DNA from: Marine Group III euryarchaeote CG-Epi1
GTDB taxonomy: Archaea > Thermoplasmatota > Poseidoniia > MGIII > CG-Epi1
DNA length: 64,000 nucleotides
Assembly: GCA_001875345.1 (NCBI GenBank)
Contig: MIZA01000019.1
Span: 1,579-65,578 of the forward strand
Reading direction: 5' to 3'
Numbering within the stretch: position 1 is the stretch's first letter; each line of letters opens with the position of its first letter. The notes below the pieces were generated by a model. It was given only the letters and a program-made list of their open reading frames with translations. It did no database searches and had not been told where the DNA came from. Shown in pieces: positions 29,888-39,935 of this stretch. A program made the position numbers and the translations under genes.

Positions 29888-30964
29888 GTGAATAAAATAA
29901 CTGAATTAAGAAAAGGTATGAAAAAAGAAGGAATTGATTGTCTAGCAATAGTCCCAGGGCCAAATTTGTACTACATTACTTCGAAAAATTTCCATCTTAG
30001 TGAAAGACCGGTTGTGTTCTTTATCGAGGAGGATAATTTGACGTTTATTCTCCCAGAACTTGAGAGCCAGAAATTATCTGAACTTGATGTTAACTTTTTC
30101 ACTTACTCAGATGTAACAGGCCCTGAACAAGCTTTTGAACTTTTCTTTAAAGAACGAAGCTTTAGCAAAGTAGGTATTGAGTCTAGAATAATGCGTCATT
30201 TAGAATTAGATTTAATATCTAAAGGTTGTGAAAAATTAGTTGATTCAATGTATATTTTCGCAGATTTGAGAACAAGAAAATCAGGCTCTGAAATTGAGAT
30301 GATTGAAAAAGCCATATCAATAGCAGAAAAATCAATTAAATCAATCATTCATAAATTAAGTTCCGGAATTTCAGAAAAAGAGTTTGCGTCAGAGTTAGTT
30401 ATTCAATTACTTAAAAACGGTTCAGGACCTAGTCTTCCTTTTTCACCGATTGTAGCTTCAGGCATTAACGGAGCTAACCCTCATCATTTCCCAACTGATA
30501 AGATAATCAAAAAGGATGAATTAGTGATAATTGACTGGGGTGCTAATTATGAAAATTATTTCTCAGATATTACTAGAACATTCGCCACAGGTAGAAACAT
30601 AGATTCAAAATTATTAGAGGCTTTTGAATCCGTCAGATTAGCAAATTCCGCTGCAAGAGGCAAGTCAGCTAATGGTGTAAAAGCAGGAGATGTTGATTTA
30701 GCTGCTAGAAGCATAATTGAAGAAAGAGGTTTTGGTAATTTTTTCATTCATAGAACAGGTCACGGGCTTGGGCTCGAAATACATGAGGAACCAAACATAA
30801 AACAAGACGATGATTTTATTCTTTCCAATGGCAATGTCTACACAATCGAACCAGGGATTTACATACCTGATTTGGGAGGTATTAGAATCGAAGATGATGT
30901 TCTAATTAGTTCTTCAGGATGCCGAAGTTTAACAACACTTTCAAGAGATTTAATTTATATTTAG
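29888..30964 (+). CDS. M24-family Xaa-Pro dipeptidase/aminopeptidase
   Basis: VIIDWGANYENYFSDITRT, HRTGHGLGLEIHEEP and TIEPGIYIPDLGGIRIEDDV (the pita-bread metal-ligand pattern). Confidence 0.9.
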   Translation: MNKITELRKGMKKEGIDCLAIVPGPNLYYITSKNFHLSERPVVFFIEEDNLTFILPELESQKLSELDVNFFTYSDVTGPEQAFELFFKERSFSKVGIESRIMRHLELDLISKGCEKLVDSMYIFADLRTRKSGSEIEMIEKAISIAEKSIKSIIHKLSSGISEKEFASELVIQLLKNGSGPSLPFSPIVASGINGANPHHFPTDKIIKKDELVIIDWGANYENYFSDITRTFATGRNIDSKLLEAFESVRLANSAARGKSANGVKAGDVDLAARSIIEERGFGNFFIHRTGHGLGLEIHEEPNIKQDDDFILSNGNVYTIEPGIYIPDLGGIRIEDDVLISSSGCRSLTTLSRDLIYI

Positions 30965-31006
30965 TATCAGTGAACCCTTTATAGAGTACCAATTCGTTGT
31001 ATAATA

Positions 31007-33931
31007 ATGGCAGACTCTGAAAGCGGTGGAGGCAGGCGCTACGTTGTTCTTGCAGTAGTCATCATGTTGCTTGCAGCTTTGCCATTTTCACCGTTTGTTT
31101 CGTTCAGGTCTTCACAGCATATTGATACTGAATCAGCTTCTTTAGATTCTAATTTACCTACAAAAGATAGTGATAATGATGGTTTACCTGACTGGTGGGA
31201 AATGGAATTCAACTTGGATCCGTTTGATGCATCAGATGCATTATTAGATTCAGATCAAGATGGACACGATAGAAATCGTAATGGTATTCTTGAGGAAGAA
31301 GAGTTTTTTACTAATTTGATGGAATTTGAAATTAGAAATCTGCTTGGAAATAGTACAAATCCGACTAATTCAGATTCAGATGGTGATGGCATGCCAGATG
31401 GTTGGGAAGTTTACTATAATCTTAATCCTATTGGAGACTATGATGCAGACTCTGATGAAGATAATGATGGTTACGATGCAAATCGAAATAGTGATATTAG
31501 TCCCAATGAAAGGCATACTAATCTGGAAGAGTATTTGGCAGGAACTAGTCCTTGGCAGTTTGATTCAGACGGTGACAGGATGCCAGACGGGTGGGAATTA
31601 TTTTATGGATTAAATCCTACATCGTCAAGTGATGCTTGGTTTGACTCGGACTCTGATGGCTGGGATTCTGATTACGATGGTGAATTAATTTACGAAGAAA
31701 GATATTTCAATTACATGGAATATTTTAATGATACTAATCCGCTCGTTTCAGATACGGATGGAGATACAATGCCAGATGGCTGGGAAGTTATCTTTGAGTT
31801 AGACCCGTTAAGGCCTTCAGATAACTTTGAGGATAAGGAAAATGACGGCTTAGTAAATGTATACGAGTACAATAATTCACTGGTACTGACGGGATGGCTT
31901 GACCGTGACGGTATATTTACAACAAGGCCAGATATAGCAGATACTGATGGAGACGGTTTGACTGACATAGATGAGTTATTTATTCATTTGACAGATCCAA
32001 CTCATAATGATACTGATGATGATGGAATGCCCGATGGTTGGGAAGTAACTTACGATTTGAATCCAATATCAAGTTTGGATGCTAATGAAGACGCAGATGA
32101 TGATGGTTGGGATTTCGACAGAAATTTCATTATAGCAGGTTCGGAAAAATTTACTAACTTAGAAGAATATCTGAATTCTACTAACCCTAGAGAGAGCGAT
32201 ACAGACGGAGATGGTATGCCTGATGGTTGGGAAGCTTTTTACGATTTAAATCCGACCGATTCAAACGATGCTAATCAAGATTATGATTCTGATGGCTATG
32301 ATAGTAACAGAGATACTTTTATTTCAAATAATGAAAAATATACTAATTATGAAGAATTTTTAAACAATACAATCCCGAATAAGAATGACACTGATGAAGA
32401 TGGAATGTGGGATGGCTGGGAGATATACTACAGCTTGAATCCACTAGATGATTTTGATGCTACAGTTGACAATGATATGGATGGATTCGATTCTAATTAT
32501 AATGGGACTCTAGAGGAGGATGAAGAACATAATAATTTGTTAGAATTCCAAGCAGACACACATCCGTATCTAGAAGATACTGATGCAGATGGAATGTTAG
32601 ATGGATGGGAATGGAAATATGGATTAAATCCACTAAATCCAGCAGATGCAGGCGCAGATCCTGATCAAGATGGCGTAATTAATAGATTCGAATATAATAA
32701 CACTGCAGCAGGTTCTTACATCGAAGTAGATGGCATTACACATACAAATCCTAAGGACAATGATACAGACAATGACGGCCTTTTAGATGGTGAGGAATTA
32801 TTTAATTATTTAACCGATCCAACTCACAACGATACCGATGGAGATGGTATGCCAGACGGATGGGAAGTCAAATATGGCCTTAATCCTCTTGACCCTAATG
32901 ATGCTCTACTTGATTTAGATTCAGATGGTTTTGATTATAATTGGGATGGAAATCTCTCTGGCGAAGAATATTCGAATTTATTCGAATATTTGAATGGCAC
33001 GGATCCTACTAACGGAGATACAGACGGCGATGGAATGTCTGATGGTTGGGAGGTTCACTGGGGATTTCAACCGAATAACTCCAGCGATGCGCTCTCAGAT
33101 CCCGATAATGATGGATTGTTCAATTTATACGAATTCAATAACTCGAACATTGAAGGATTTGACAATGAAGTTATAAGTCCTGACAGCATTTTTGGATCTA
33201 ACCCCCTCTTGAAGGATACAGACGGAGATTTAATTGAAGACGGAGAAGAATGTTTTTCTGGTAATGACACTTATGTTACAGACCCCTCAAATCCTGATTC
33301 AGACGATGATGGTATGCCCGACGGCTGGGAGTTTTTGAATTCATTAAATCCTTTCGATTCCTCGGATGCAGATCAAGATTTAGATGACGATGGTTGGGAT
33401 TTTGATAGAAATGGCACTATTGAATTTTCTGAATTATACACAAATTATGAAGAATACTTGAACGGCACAGATCCTAGAAATAATGATACCGATGGCGATG
33501 GAATGCCAGATGGTTGGGAAGCATTTTATGGCTTGAATCCAAATTTAGCATTAGATTCTTCATTAGATTTTGATTCAGATGGATACGACGCGGATGGTGA
33601 CGGAGAAATGTCTCCTGATGAAAAATTTACGAATTACGAAGAGTTCCTAATGGATTCTAATCCAGCACTAGCCGATACAGATGGAGACAATTGCACAGAT
33701 GGTTGGGAAATATATTGGAATGATAATCGTCCAGCAAATGAAACACGAACAATAAATCTGTTGGATGGTTCAGATGGTTTTTTAGATTATGATGATGATG
33801 GCTGGGAAGATTGGGACGGTATTTCATATCCTTTCCCTAATTGGAGAGAAGAGGTAGCTAACACAAACCCTTGGAATCCAGATACAGACGGGGATTCCAT
33901 GACGGATGGATACGAGGCTGATAATGGATAA
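31007..33931 (+). CDS. Secreted/N-terminally anchored thrombospondin-type-3-like Ca-binding repeat protein (974 aa)
   Basis: N-terminal hydrophobic anchor RRYVVLAVVIMLLAALPFSPFV, then 13-14 repeats of ~70 aa. TATA-like TTTATAG (30978-30984) lies 23-29 nt upstream of ATG. Confidence 0.85.
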   Translation: MADSESGGGRRYVVLAVVIMLLAALPFSPFVSFRSSQHIDTESASLDSNLPTKDSDNDGLPDWWEMEFNLDPFDASDALLDSDQDGHDRNRNGILEEEEFFTNLMEFEIRNLLGNSTNPTNSDSDGDGMPDGWEVYYNLNPIGDYDADSDEDNDGYDANRNSDISPNERHTNLEEYLAGTSPWQFDSDGDRMPDGWELFYGLNPTSSSDAWFDSDSDGWDSDYDGELIYEERYFNYMEYFNDTNPLVSDTDGDTMPDGWEVIFELDPLRPSDNFEDKENDGLVNVYEYNNSLVLTGWLDRDGIFTTRPDIADTDGDGLTDIDELFIHLTDPTHNDTDDDGMPDGWEVTYDLNPISSLDANEDADDDGWDFDRNFIIAGSEKFTNLEEYLNSTNPRESDTDGDGMPDGWEAFYDLNPTDSNDANQDYDSDGYDSNRDTFISNNEKYTNYEEFLNNTIPNKNDTDEDGMWDGWEIYYSLNPLDDFDATVDNDMDGFDSNYNGTLEEDEEHNNLLEFQADTHPYLEDTDADGMLDGWEWKYGLNPLNPADAGADPDQDGVINRFEYNNTAAGSYIEVDGITHTNPKDNDTDNDGLLDGEELFNYLTDPTHNDTDGDGMPDGWEVKYGLNPLDPNDALLDLDSDGFDYNWDGNLSGEEYSNLFEYLNGTDPTNGDTDGDGMSDGWEVHWGFQPNNSSDALSDPDNDGLFNLYEFNNSNIEGFDNEVISPDSIFGSNPLLKDTDGDLIEDGEECFSGNDTYVTDPSNPDSDDDGMPDGWEFLNSLNPFDSSDADQDLDDDGWDFDRNGTIEFSELYTNYEEYLNGTDPRNNDTDGDGMPDGWEAFYGLNPNLALDSSLDFDSDGYDADGDGEMSPDEKFTNYEEFLMDSNPALADTDGDNCTDGWEIYWNDNRPANETRTINLLDGSDGFLDYDDDGWEDWDGISYPFPNWREEVANTNPWNPDTDGDSMTDGYEADNG
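31150..33925 (+). repeat. ~13-14 tandem protein repeats 'D.DGDGMPDGWE.[FY]Y.LNP....DA..D.D.DG[YW]D..[RN]......E.[FY]TN.EE[YF]LN.T.P'
   Basis: The PDGWE core recurs as LPDWWEMEF, MPDGWEVYY, MPDGWELFY, MPDGWEVIF, MPDGWEVTY, MPDGWEAFY, MWDGWEIYY, MLDGWEWKY, MPDGWEVKY, MSDGWEVHW, MPDGWEFLN, MPDGWEAFY, CTDGWEIYW and MTDGYEADN. Confidence 0.85.
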
Positions 33932-33948
33932 TTACAGCAAGATTGAAG

Positions 33949-33956
33949 TTTTTTTT
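33949..33956 (+). terminator. Oligo-T tract (T8), a possible archaeal terminator or attenuator after the TSP3 gene
   Basis: gaagTTTTTTTTggc lies 18 nt after the TAA at 33929-33931. Confidence 0.35.
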
Positions 33957-34006
33957 GGCATACCTTTATTTAACAACAGAAATTTATCTAGGTCGGTGTA
34001 GAGAAC

Positions 34007-37000
34007 ATGATGAAAAAATTATCTGTATTTTTTGCCATTTTTATCTTATTGTTTTCCCCTCTCGCTTCATTTCCAGTATCTGCAGACATTGACCCTGATG
34101 ATGATAATGATTCAGATGGCTACGATGCAAACGGAGATGGAATTATATCTTCAGACGAAGAATACACCAATTTAGAAGAATATTTCAATAATACCAATCC
34201 TAATGATCCAGATACGGACGACGGCGGAGCTTGGGACGGTTGGGAAGTCCACTACGGATTTGACCCAAAGAGCTCTTCAGATGAATCAGATGATAATGAT
34301 GGAGATTCCTTAGTTAACTCTATTGAATTTTACTGGGATTCAAATCCTTTTAGTGAAGATTCAGATCAAGATGGAATGCCTGATGGCTGGGAAGACACTT
34401 ATTCAAACAGATTAGAAGACGGAATTGGATGTGGGCTAGATCCAACTAATGGAAATGATAAGTTTGGAGATCCTGATAATGATGGTTCAGATAACTTAAG
34501 AGAGTACCAAGAAGATACTAATCCGTGCGATTCAGATAGTGACGACGATGGAGACCCAGATGGCGAAGATCCTCCGCCAGTAGATCCTGGAGATGATGAC
34601 GAAAGCAATCCAGACACAGGAGCTACGGATGGAAATGTAACAATTTATGAAATATTTGATCCGGTTTTAGGTACCGTAAAAAGATGGACTTCCTTGGACG
34701 GCCTTCTCTACGATGATCAAGCTTCAAATCCTACTGACATGTACACTATGTACAATTATGATTCAGATAAGTATGAAATTTTCCCTACAAATTATGAAGG
34801 ATACTCTAACATATTTGAGGGATGGATATGGATGGGAATTACAATTAGCACGACTGAATATACGAGAATTCCTTCAGTATCGCCTGACGCAGAGATAATA
34901 GATTATGATCCAAATTCAACCGGAGTTAATATCCGGTTTTTTAAGGATGGAGCCGATAATTACTATGTTCAAGGAAATGAAAATGTAGTTATAGATTTGA
35001 AATATAGAATGGGAACAAATGGTTCATATTTTAACAGACCTATTTCCGAAGATTTAACAACTGATGATATTCCCGAGCAAATTATACGGCCAATAAATGG
35101 TGCGGATCAGGTTAAAGAAAATGTTAGAGAATTTCTCCAGTATAGACACGATAATGGAACAATAGCTAATGAACCCTTGTATTGGTTGTGGCCAGACAAT
35201 GGAACTCCTGAAACCAATTTAGCACTAATAATTAACAATTTGACCTGGTATTTCTCTTCATTTATCGAGGGCGATGGAGATGTCCCTGATACAGAGGAAC
35301 CATGGGATGCTTATCAGACTATTTGTATTAACGGAATAGGGGCATGTAGGCACAGGTCTTTTGGCTTCTTTGTTACAGCTTTAGCATTGGGTGCGCCAAC
35401 AAGGTATGTTTCCAATGAGGCTCATGCATTTGTAGAAGTATACATTCCAGTTGACAACGAAACGGTTTCTGCAAGTCACTGGAAACGAATTAATTTAGGT
35501 GGAACAGGTAGCAGTACAACACTGGATAGGCCTGATGAGGATGATGAGGAAGGAGACACATTTGATTTCGATGAAATGGATCCTGACGATATAGATAATA
35601 TGACTGGTGTAGAAGTTACCATAGTTATTGAATCATATTCACCAGAAGAAGTAGCCAAAGGTGAGATAATTCGTATTACGGGTTATGCAGAGGACGAAAA
35701 TGGGACTAAATTGTCTAACTTCCCTATAGGTTTTGGAATGTGGGATAAAGATCATGTAAATCCAGCGTTTGAAATAGGTTCTACAGTCACAACGGCTTCA
35801 GGTACTTTCGACTACAACTCTACCGATTTTCTTCCAGCACTTCTTGGTTTGAATGAGATTTATGCAGCTTCTTACAAACAAGGTTTTTTGGGTGTAGATG
35901 GGCCCAAGGAAATTGAAATTTCTTCAGATGCAGTTCTAACTGTTTCAGCACCATCTTCTGTAGGCAAAGGACAGGATTTAATTGTTTCAGGAACTTTACT
36001 GGATATAGGCGGTGTTGCAGCATCTAATGAAGAAATTGAATTTGAGATATGGGAGCCTGGATTTGGCGGAGGAAAACCAGGAACTGTTCGTTGTAACCCC
36101 TCACAATGGTGGCAACCATATCGTTGTGATATAGGTACAACAACTACAGACTCGTTTGGAAATTTTGTATTCAATTGGACTGTACCTGAAAATGGTCAAC
36201 CAGATTCAGATGACAACTATCGCTTAGAATCTCATTTTGACGGTTCAACCTATCTTAATGAAGAAACTGTTACAACCAATTTGATTATTATGGATGAGAC
36301 TGTAAATTTAACGGCCATCCTTTCTTCAGATAGTGAGTATATTTCTAATAACATTTATGTTAATGGTAGTGTCTTAGAAAAAGCTGTAGATAATGGAGAT
36401 ATAAGCATTGAATTATCAGGATCTACTCTTGCATCTTTTGCTGTTGAAGATTCAAATTGGTCAAACGAGGTTTCAGTTCCATCCAGCCTATCTGCTGGCA
36501 ATTATACGATAATTGTTTCATTTATTAGTTCGAGCGATACATTACCTGATGAAAAGGTAGAATTGCCTTTTACAATCTTAGGTACTAGTAATATTATTTT
36601 AGACGCAGATTCTTTAAAAATTACTAGAGGTGAAACAGTTACATTGGAAGGAGAGCTTGTTGATCACCTTGGTGAACCAATTTCAAACGAGGAGATAGAA
36701 GTTATTTGGAATGATGAAATTTTAGGAACTGCAACAACAGAATCCGATGGTGATTTCTCTTATGATTACTTAGTTACACTTGATACTCCACTTGCAAACG
36801 TAACATGGTCTGCAGATTTCGCAGGTAATTTTCTCCATGATAGTTCTGAAGCGTCACAAGTAACTGAAATTTATCAACAAACAGTAATCAACTTCCAAAT
36901 AGATAAAAAACATTTTTACTCTGGAGACCAATTCATCGTCTCAGGTAATCTTTCAATGGATAATGGGACTCTTTTCGAGGGAAATCTAGTGTTTTATTTT

Positions 37001-39934
37001 GATGACGTTTTTGTTGAATCATTCACCACAGATGGTACATTTAGCTTTCAATATATCCCAGAGTCTTCATACTTAGACGTAGGTTCACATTCATTCAAAC
37101 TCAGTTATTCTGAAATAGAATATAACTTAGGAGCTACGTCACAAGAAGAAGTATTCTTCCACAAGAAAGTCATAATTGAGGTAAATGAGGAACAAGTTTT
37201 ACGCGATCAGGAAATAGAGATAACTGGTTTCGCGAGAGATGAAAACTCTCTTGCTATTTCTGGTATCGATTTATCCTTCAAATGGGGGGATAATGAAATT
37301 GATGGAGTTTCAACTACAATATTTGGAGGTTCGTTCTCTAAAGATTATTTGGTACCTAATGCTCAATTATTAGGGAAAATCACAGTTGAAGTTAATTTTG
37401 ATAATTCCACCCAACCTTTCTACGATAATGCATCAAAGACCGTAGAGTTCACGGTAGTTTCTGAAACATTAATATTTATCCCCGATACTGAATTAGTTAG
37501 AGGATCAGATGTCTGGTTCAACGGTTCCATTTTAGATGATAGAGGCCAGCCTGTCGAGGACATTGAAGTAAATATTTTTTGGAATGGAGATTATTTGAGA
37601 TACGTTACAGGGGACTCGAATGGTAGCTTCAGCTTCATTTGCGAGTCGGATTGGGAATGTTCAGACACAGATCATCCAGTTGGTGTAATTCCAGTAGAAC
37701 TTGATTTTGGTGGATTTGGTTACTATCTTCCATCTAACTACATCTCAAATTATACCATATGGGGCAGCACTTCAATTGAGATAATCGATTTCAGTGATTC
37801 AGTTATCGCTGGCAATAATGTTTCTTTCAATGGGTTTATTGAGAATGATTTGGAAGTTCCTTTAGACCGAGAAATTAAGATTTTGTGGAACGGAATTACA
37901 AGGACTACGGTTCAATCTGTTAATGGCGAGTTTGAAGGAAATTTCAAGTTGCCTTATGACACTATGGTGGGCAATCATTCTTTAACTGCTAAAGTTGAAG
38001 ATCAAAACTATCTTCGTGAATCGTCAGATGTAGTTGAAGTCTTTGTTCAACGAGAAACTGAGATAATCATACAGTGGTTAGGTGGTTACAGAAATCAATC
38101 AACTACAGTTTCAGGATATCTTAGGGATGCGGCCGGAATGGGGCTTCAGAATTTAGAGTTGGAAGTTTATTTTGATGGAATTTACGTAGGAAACGTAACT
38201 ACTCAAAATTTAGGACTCTATAGTTTCGAATATTTAATCCCCTTTGACACTACATTGGGAACGCATAATATCGAAGTAGTTTTTACAGGTTCATATTTTT
38301 ATGTTGAATCTACTAATAATGTAAATTCCGAAGTTTTATCAACTACAATCTTTGAATTTAATGAGATCGAAGTCTTCCGTAATCAAGAGTTTTTCTTGAG
38401 TTCTTATTTGTTTGACGATTTATCTAACCCTATGGCAAATCAACACGTTAATTTGACATTTAATGGTAAAAGATACCACCTAGTAACTGACGATGCAGGT
38501 ATGGTTGAGCAAAATATTACCTTAGCACCTAATCACAAGCTAGGTAATTATGCAGCTAAGTGGGATTACTTGGGATTCGAATATTATCTTCCAGCTTCAT
38601 CTGAGCAAGAAGTTCGGGTGGTGGCTTCAACTAATATTGTATTGTCCTCAGATTCAGAAGTAATAGTTGGAGAAACGTTTAGTTTTAATGGAACTTTGAA
38701 GGACGACATGGGTAATCCACTTAAAGCAACATTAAGTTTTTCATTTGATGGTAATATAATTGAGACAATTGAATCAAATTCAAATGGTTATTTTGAAAAT
38801 ATTTATTTAGTTCCAGATGAAAGTATTGCAGGTCCAAACACAATTATGGTAACTTATATTCCGGATGAATTTTATCTATCTTCAACTTCTAGTTGGGTTT
38901 TACAAGTCTCTCACAATATTAGAATCGAATTGCCAGATTATTCTTCTATGACAAATACAACCGAATCAATTTCAGGTTTTGTGTTCGATAAAGCAAATCG
39001 TCCAGTTTCTAGTCTTGAAGTTAGATTAACCTTGGACTCTGGATTTCCTTTAATCACAAATACAAATTCTGATGGTGAATTTAGTGTAGACTTAGAAATA
39101 CCCTATGGCACATCTTTAGGATATCATAATTTAACTGCAGAATCGCTTGGTAACAATTACTATATTGGGAACAGTACAACATCAAAATTATTTGTTCAGG
39201 GTCAAACGTTTTTGACTTTAGACGTTCCAGCTTCTTTAGAATTTAAGCAGGAGTTCATAGGAACGATTACTCTTCAAATGTATGACGGGACTTATGTCTC
39301 CGGTGCTCCACTGCTAATATCTTTTGAACCTCTTGGAATGACTACAATGGTTGTTACAGATTTCAATGGCACTGCAACGTTTTCATCTTATTATTCAGGT
39401 AATACAACCATTCCAATGCAAGTAACTGTAAATTATACAGGGAATGAAGAATACGTAGCTAGTAGTATTGAATCTACAATTATATACAGAGCACCTTCTC
39501 AACAATCCAACTACGCAATATGGGCAATCATTGGAGCTACATTAGTCGCATCTTCAGGGGTATTACTAGGCTGGAAATGGTATCGAGAACGTCATCTCAG
39601 AGAAATCCAGAGAATTTTGGAATCCACAGCTTTAGCTTTAGAAGCAAATATGGATTACAGAGATTCAATTGTTTTCTCCTACAAAGAGATGTGTAAGGTC
39701 TTACAGGGCCATGGATATCTAAGAAAACACTTTGAAACAGTTAGGGAGTTTCAAGAAGCTCTTCGGACTGCCTTATCTCTAGATCAAGATTCAGTTGCAA
39801 GATTGACAATTCTCTATGAGGAAGCGGACTATACTAAGAAGGAATTGGATGATGACCATAGAATTAATGCAGTATCTGCACTTAGAACTGTAATTGAAAG
39901 TTTAGATTTAAACGAATCATCATTAGAAGACTAG
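34007..39934 (+). CDS. Giant (1,975 aa) extracellular transglutaminase-core protein: signal peptide, TSP3-like repeats, transglutaminase-like cysteine-protease fold, 13 Ig/prealbumin-like repeats, C-terminal TM, cytoplasmic DUF4129-like tail
   Basis: Signal peptide MMKKLSVFFAIFILLFSPLASFPVSA. AWDGWEVHYGFDP / MPDGWEDTY repeats. Core motifs GIGACRHRSFGFFVTALALGAPTRYV...EAHAFVEVYI...WKRINLGG. TM helix YAIWAIIGATLVASSGVLLGWKWY (39511-39583). Tail TVREFQEAL......SVARLTILYEEADYTKKEL. Confidence 0.85.
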   Translation: MMKKLSVFFAIFILLFSPLASFPVSADIDPDDDNDSDGYDANGDGIISSDEEYTNLEEYFNNTNPNDPDTDDGGAWDGWEVHYGFDPKSSSDESDDNDGDSLVNSIEFYWDSNPFSEDSDQDGMPDGWEDTYSNRLEDGIGCGLDPTNGNDKFGDPDNDGSDNLREYQEDTNPCDSDSDDDGDPDGEDPPPVDPGDDDESNPDTGATDGNVTIYEIFDPVLGTVKRWTSLDGLLYDDQASNPTDMYTMYNYDSDKYEIFPTNYEGYSNIFEGWIWMGITISTTEYTRIPSVSPDAEIIDYDPNSTGVNIRFFKDGADNYYVQGNENVVIDLKYRMGTNGSYFNRPISEDLTTDDIPEQIIRPINGADQVKENVREFLQYRHDNGTIANEPLYWLWPDNGTPETNLALIINNLTWYFSSFIEGDGDVPDTEEPWDAYQTICINGIGACRHRSFGFFVTALALGAPTRYVSNEAHAFVEVYIPVDNETVSASHWKRINLGGTGSSTTLDRPDEDDEEGDTFDFDEMDPDDIDNMTGVEVTIVIESYSPEEVAKGEIIRITGYAEDENGTKLSNFPIGFGMWDKDHVNPAFEIGSTVTTASGTFDYNSTDFLPALLGLNEIYAASYKQGFLGVDGPKEIEISSDAVLTVSAPSSVGKGQDLIVSGTLLDIGGVAASNEEIEFEIWEPGFGGGKPGTVRCNPSQWWQPYRCDIGTTTTDSFGNFVFNWTVPENGQPDSDDNYRLESHFDGSTYLNEETVTTNLIIMDETVNLTAILSSDSEYISNNIYVNGSVLEKAVDNGDISIELSGSTLASFAVEDSNWSNEVSVPSSLSAGNYTIIVSFISSSDTLPDEKVELPFTILGTSNIILDADSLKITRGETVTLEGELVDHLGEPISNEEIEVIWNDEILGTATTESDGDFSYDYLVTLDTPLANVTWSADFAGNFLHDSSEASQVTEIYQQTVINFQIDKKHFYSGDQFIVSGNLSMDNGTLFEGNLVFYFDDVFVESFTTDGTFSFQYIPESSYLDVGSHSFKLSYSEIEYNLGATSQEEVFFHKKVIIEVNEEQVLRDQEIEITGFARDENSLAISGIDLSFKWGDNEIDGVSTTIFGGSFSKDYLVPNAQLLGKITVEVNFDNSTQPFYDNASKTVEFTVVSETLIFIPDTELVRGSDVWFNGSILDDRGQPVEDIEVNIFWNGDYLRYVTGDSNGSFSFICESDWECSDTDHPVGVIPVELDFGGFGYYLPSNYISNYTIWGSTSIEIIDFSDSVIAGNNVSFNGFIENDLEVPLDREIKILWNGITRTTVQSVNGEFEGNFKLPYDTMVGNHSLTAKVEDQNYLRESSDVVEVFVQRETEIIIQWLGGYRNQSTTVSGYLRDAAGMGLQNLELEVYFDGIYVGNVTTQNLGLYSFEYLIPFDTTLGTHNIEVVFTGSYFYVESTNNVNSEVLSTTIFEFNEIEVFRNQEFFLSSYLFDDLSNPMANQHVNLTFNGKRYHLVTDDAGMVEQNITLAPNHKLGNYAAKWDYLGFEYYLPASSEQEVRVVASTNIVLSSDSEVIVGETFSFNGTLKDDMGNPLKATLSFSFDGNIIETIESNSNGYFENIYLVPDESIAGPNTIMVTYIPDEFYLSSTSSWVLQVSHNIRIELPDYSSMTNTTESISGFVFDKANRPVSSLEVRLTLDSGFPLITNTNSDGEFSVDLEIPYGTSLGYHNLTAESLGNNYYIGNSTTSKLFVQGQTFLTLDVPASLEFKQEFIGTITLQMYDGTYVSGAPLLISFEPLGMTTMVVTDFNGTATFSSYYSGNTTIPMQVTVNYTGNEEYVASSIESTIIYRAPSQQSNYAIWAIIGATLVASSGVLLGWKWYRERHLREIQRILESTALALEANMDYRDSIVFSYKEMCKVLQGHGYLRKHFETVREFQEALRTALSLDQDSVARLTILYEEADYTKKELDDDHRINAVSALRTVIESLDLNESSLED
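35265..35520 (+). other. Transglutaminase-like core (Cys 35345-35347, His 35423-35425, Asn at the expected Asp position 35492-35494)
   Basis: The G-x-C-R-H...H-A-F-V-E-V-Y...W-x-x-I-N pattern is compared from memory with the canonical G.C..FA....HAW.EVY....W...DPT. Confidence 0.65.
35625..39400 (+). repeat. 13 tandem ~95-105-aa Ig/prealbumin-like repeats
   Basis: Recurrent strand motif [IV].[ILF].G.[LIV].D..G.P[ILV]....[ILV].[ILV], e.g. ITGYAEDENGTKLSNFPIGF, LEGELVDHLGEPISNEEIEVIW, FNGSILDDRGQPVEDIEVNIFW, VSGYLRDAAGMGLQNLELEVYF and FNGTLKDDMGNPLKATLSFSF. Each is followed by a 'T....G.F...Y..P' strand. Confidence 0.7.
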
Positions 39935-39935
39935 C

